Assembly (NCBI GenBank): GCA_950097015.1 | Contig: CATNEN010000026.1 | Coordinates: 1,178,001-1,242,000, forward strand | Direction of reading: 5' to 3' | Source of the DNA: Macrostomum hystrix | Taxonomy: Eukaryota; Animalia; Platyhelminthes | DNA: 64,000 nucleotides | Part shown: piece by piece, positions 61,009 through 64,000 of the stretch | Numbering within the stretch: position 1 is the stretch's first letter | Layout of the letters: each line of letters starts with the position of its first letter | Made by a program: the position numbers and the translations under genes | The notes under the pieces: model-generated | What the model was told of the DNA's origin: nothing | Databases searched by the model: none | Seen by the model: only the letters and a program-made list of their open reading frames with translations

Positions 61009-64000
61009 ATGCTTCTGTTATACATTCTACTGGCAGCCCAGCTGCCTTGCGTTGAGCCGCTGAATGAGACAGCAGTCAGTTGTGAGAACTGGTCTTGCGA
61101 TGACAGGCCGAGAGTTCACGTGCTCTGCATCACAGCTGTCGACGCCTTGTTTCCGATTGATTCAGACTATCTCAACTACTCTTTCGACTATGTCAACTAC
61201 AACATGACTGGCTCGTTTCCTGCGTTTCAGCTGAAGCATACCACTCTGCGAACAGACGGAGTGAGTTGCTGGTGTTGCTGGTGTTGCTGTTGTTGTTGTT
61301 GTTGTTCTTCTTCTTCTTCTTGTTGCCGGTCATAACCCCAGAAAACTCCCGCCTCGGGAAGCTGACACTGGAGCGGCAGTCAGGGGTTGCTAGCTAGGCT
61401 TGCGCACGAGTCCACTGGTTCACCGGTCCGACCGGTACTCCGGCTTTCGTGTCTGTGGGAAAACGACCTTCCGGATCAGCCGGAAGTCGGTCTGATAAAT
61501 GAACTAGCTTATGATTTCAGTTCTCACATCAAAGCATTTTGCACTTCAGTCGACAGCCAGCAGCGCTCTGAAGGCATTTATTGATGGCTATCTTCAGCCG
61601 CCCAACAAAGCTCTAATTCTGGGTGCAAGTTATTCTGAGCAGTCTCAAGTTATAGCCGACATTGCCAAGCTCTACTATGTGACTCAGGTAAGCTGATGAC
61701 CTATTGTAGGATTTTAGAATTCTATATACATATATATAGATAGTTTTGATTTTAGTATATATAGGGATAATTGTTTATTAACTTCTGATCCGAAAGTACG
61801 CTTGTAGTAGTAGGTTTCATAGTAGTATATGGAACTTTTTTTGTATATGATGAATTATCTTACAAGCGTCGGTGCCACCTCTATAAAAAAAGAACTAAAA
61901 AGTATTAAATTTCAGATCGGATATTCTAATGCGTCACCGTCGCTAAGCGACACAACGCTGTATCCATTTTACGTCCGCATGTCAGCCAGTCTGCTGTTGT
62001 ACATCAAGCCTACAATTAGCATCATTCAAAAATTTGGTTGGAGAAAAGTAGGCATCGTGTCGAATGATGTAGCTGCGAACTATGCGGTATGGAATTAAAA
62101 TTCACCAAATTTTTTAAACTAATGAATGCGAAGTTGTCGTGGATTATTTGCTAAGGTAAAAGAAAGACAAAAGAACGACAAATTTTTATTTCAGATTGCG
62201 TCTAAATTTGTAGCTGCTCTCGAAGCGATTAATATGACGTTTTACCAGAAAGTGACATTTTCCGATGATCCAACCGATGCTATAGTATCATTGTTGGTTA
62301 GTAAATGTAACCTAGTGATCAGGATGTCATTGAAAATTTGCAACATAAGAAGTATATTTACACTGAAAACTGAAACAAAAATTTTAGAAGGATGACTTCC
62401 GCATTTTCGTTGTATTCCGACAAGCAAGTCTCGAGAAGCCTGGAAAGCGCTTCGATTGCGTGGTGAGTTGTGAGTTGAGCAGTCACGATTCTTGACTAGA
62501 TCCTAAGTCTTAAAACAACAGCCCGACAAGCGTGCGGAAATTTTCAAAATAAAACACGAATTTATCTTCTTCCTCTTGATTGAGCAGGAATTCTTTGATC
62601 AAAACTGTAGGTAATTATAGTGTGCTCCCATTCAGTGTTAAATTTTTCGCTCTGTCTGTCATCTGTCTATTCAAATTTTAACGTTGGATCATCTTACTAA
62701 AATTGGCAAGCGTCATAAACCAAGCGCATGCTTTAAATCAATGATACATCGAAGAGGGGATTAAGTATCACTGAATTTGTTGTCAGCACGCACGCTCGGC
62801 TAAGAACGTGAAGTTCTTTCTCTGGTCGAAAAGTAGTCATGCTAAACCTAGAGCGTGACTACTCGGGGGGAACTGAGCTCGTCCTTGTGTAACTTTGCAG
62901 TTGATGTGAGCCGAACGCTGTGCTCCTGTAACTTTTTCGTTGCCTTGCCTGACAGCTTCGCTTGATACAAACAATCTTAGACTACTCTGAAGACTTGTTC
63001 AGAGCAAAATATACTTCCTAACTCTGTTTTTCTCTGCTCACATAATTTAATGACCTTCTTTCTTATTTTAGCTGAAGAGCCTCGGAGCCTACGGACCAAA
63101 GTACATGTGGTTTCAAATCGGACTGCCTCAGACCAACGCAGCCATTGTCGGCTCGTGTCCAGACTCGGACAGAGCCGAAAGTCTGGAAGGCTCCATCGAA
63201 TTCGACGACTATGTGTCGGATCCCACTATACTCGAGTCAGAGATTGGTCCTGCCGGGAAGGTATTCGAGAATTCCGAAAATTAATCAAGCATTTTTAGTA
63301 ATTTCTGGAACAGTGTAAACACAAGCGCAAGACCTCGACTATGTCACTCGCAGAAAAATCTGTCTAACATGCAAATGTTTTTATCTTTTATGTTTTCTTT
63401 TAGCTACGCATGAAATGTCTAAATCCATGGCGCTTTGTGCAATTTTTTCCCGCTTGCGGGTTTGAATCGAGGGCTGGAGGGACAAGCAGTAGAGTGATTG
63501 TGGCGCAAGCAAAAGTATGTGAATAAAAGTACTTGTCTGAGTGGCTTGAAAGCATGTTAAATTCAACATAGTGACTTCCAGTATCACACGGTTGTGTGGT
63601 TCAACATGATTCTGATTATTCTTACATTTTACTTTCAGAATGTATCGGAAATCTTTGATGACTATCTCACAAAATATCCGACAAGCAGTGCGTGGGCATT
63701 GCCGAACACTCTCCTCGGATTTGGTCTCCGTTTTGATTCCGTACTGGCTGCCGCAATCGCTTTAAATACTACCTTGAGTCAGTTTAACTATACAGAGACT
63801 TCAGTTCAGCTTCAAAATTCATCCTTCAAGATGGCACTGCTGAATAACTTCGGTCTTTTAGATTTCGTCGGACTGTCAGTGAGTCCCGTTCGCTGCAAAT
63901 TTGAAGCTCGACAAACCACTAACTGGTGCTAGCTTATTTACTCGTAACTTTGTAACCTTTGCAGGGAAAAGTTTCCTTTAATGAAAATGGAGACAGGTTC
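61009..64000 (+). CDS. 5' part of a GABA-B-like class C GPCR / ANF-receptor Venus-flytrap protein (continues beyond the window)
   Basis: Signal peptide MLLLYILLAAQLPC; LILGASYSEQSQVIADIA; IGYSNASPSLSDTTLYPFYVR; QKFGWRKVGIV; SLYGPKYMW; FDSVLAAAIALNTT; GKVSFNENGDR. Confidence 0.8.

Noticed and set aside
62778-62970. Possible solo LTR (TG...CA) in an intron of the class C receptor gene
   Set aside because: No matching target-site duplication and no second copy in the window.

Overview
Intron-rich metazoan genomic DNA, with GT-AG introns, tRNA-derived SINEs, decayed LINE fragments and many minisatellites. The repeat landscape and Ala/Gln/Ser-rich proteins suggest a free-living flatworm such as Macrostomum; this is an inference and has not been verified. 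Ordinary genes: a CEP112-like coiled-coil gene (3' end), a 14-exon EF-hand-like + HELP + WD40 (EML-type) gene with an RFX X-box at its start, a compact 2-exon Ser/Thr kinase, a PTB-like/proline-rich gene, a Cys-loop anion channel subunit, an acidic orphan gene, and the 5' part of a GABA-B-like class C receptor. The standout is a ~22 kb cluster (14.3-36.7 kb) of ten intact, intronless 77-82 aa prepropeptide genes plus one remnant, in two subfamilies (7 type A, 3 type B). Each encodes a signal peptide, an acidic pro-region, a KK site and a cationic amphipathic 22-25 aa peptide ending in G or GR (amidation signal). All ten share a GGAAACACGTG box 113-118 nt upstream of the ATG, followed by a TATA-like box. 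The cluster contains three head-to-head A/B pairs and a decayed inverted duplication. This architecture is that of a host-defence (antimicrobial/cytolytic) peptide locus; I do not recognise it as a named family. Exon boundaries were read by eye and no database searches were run.
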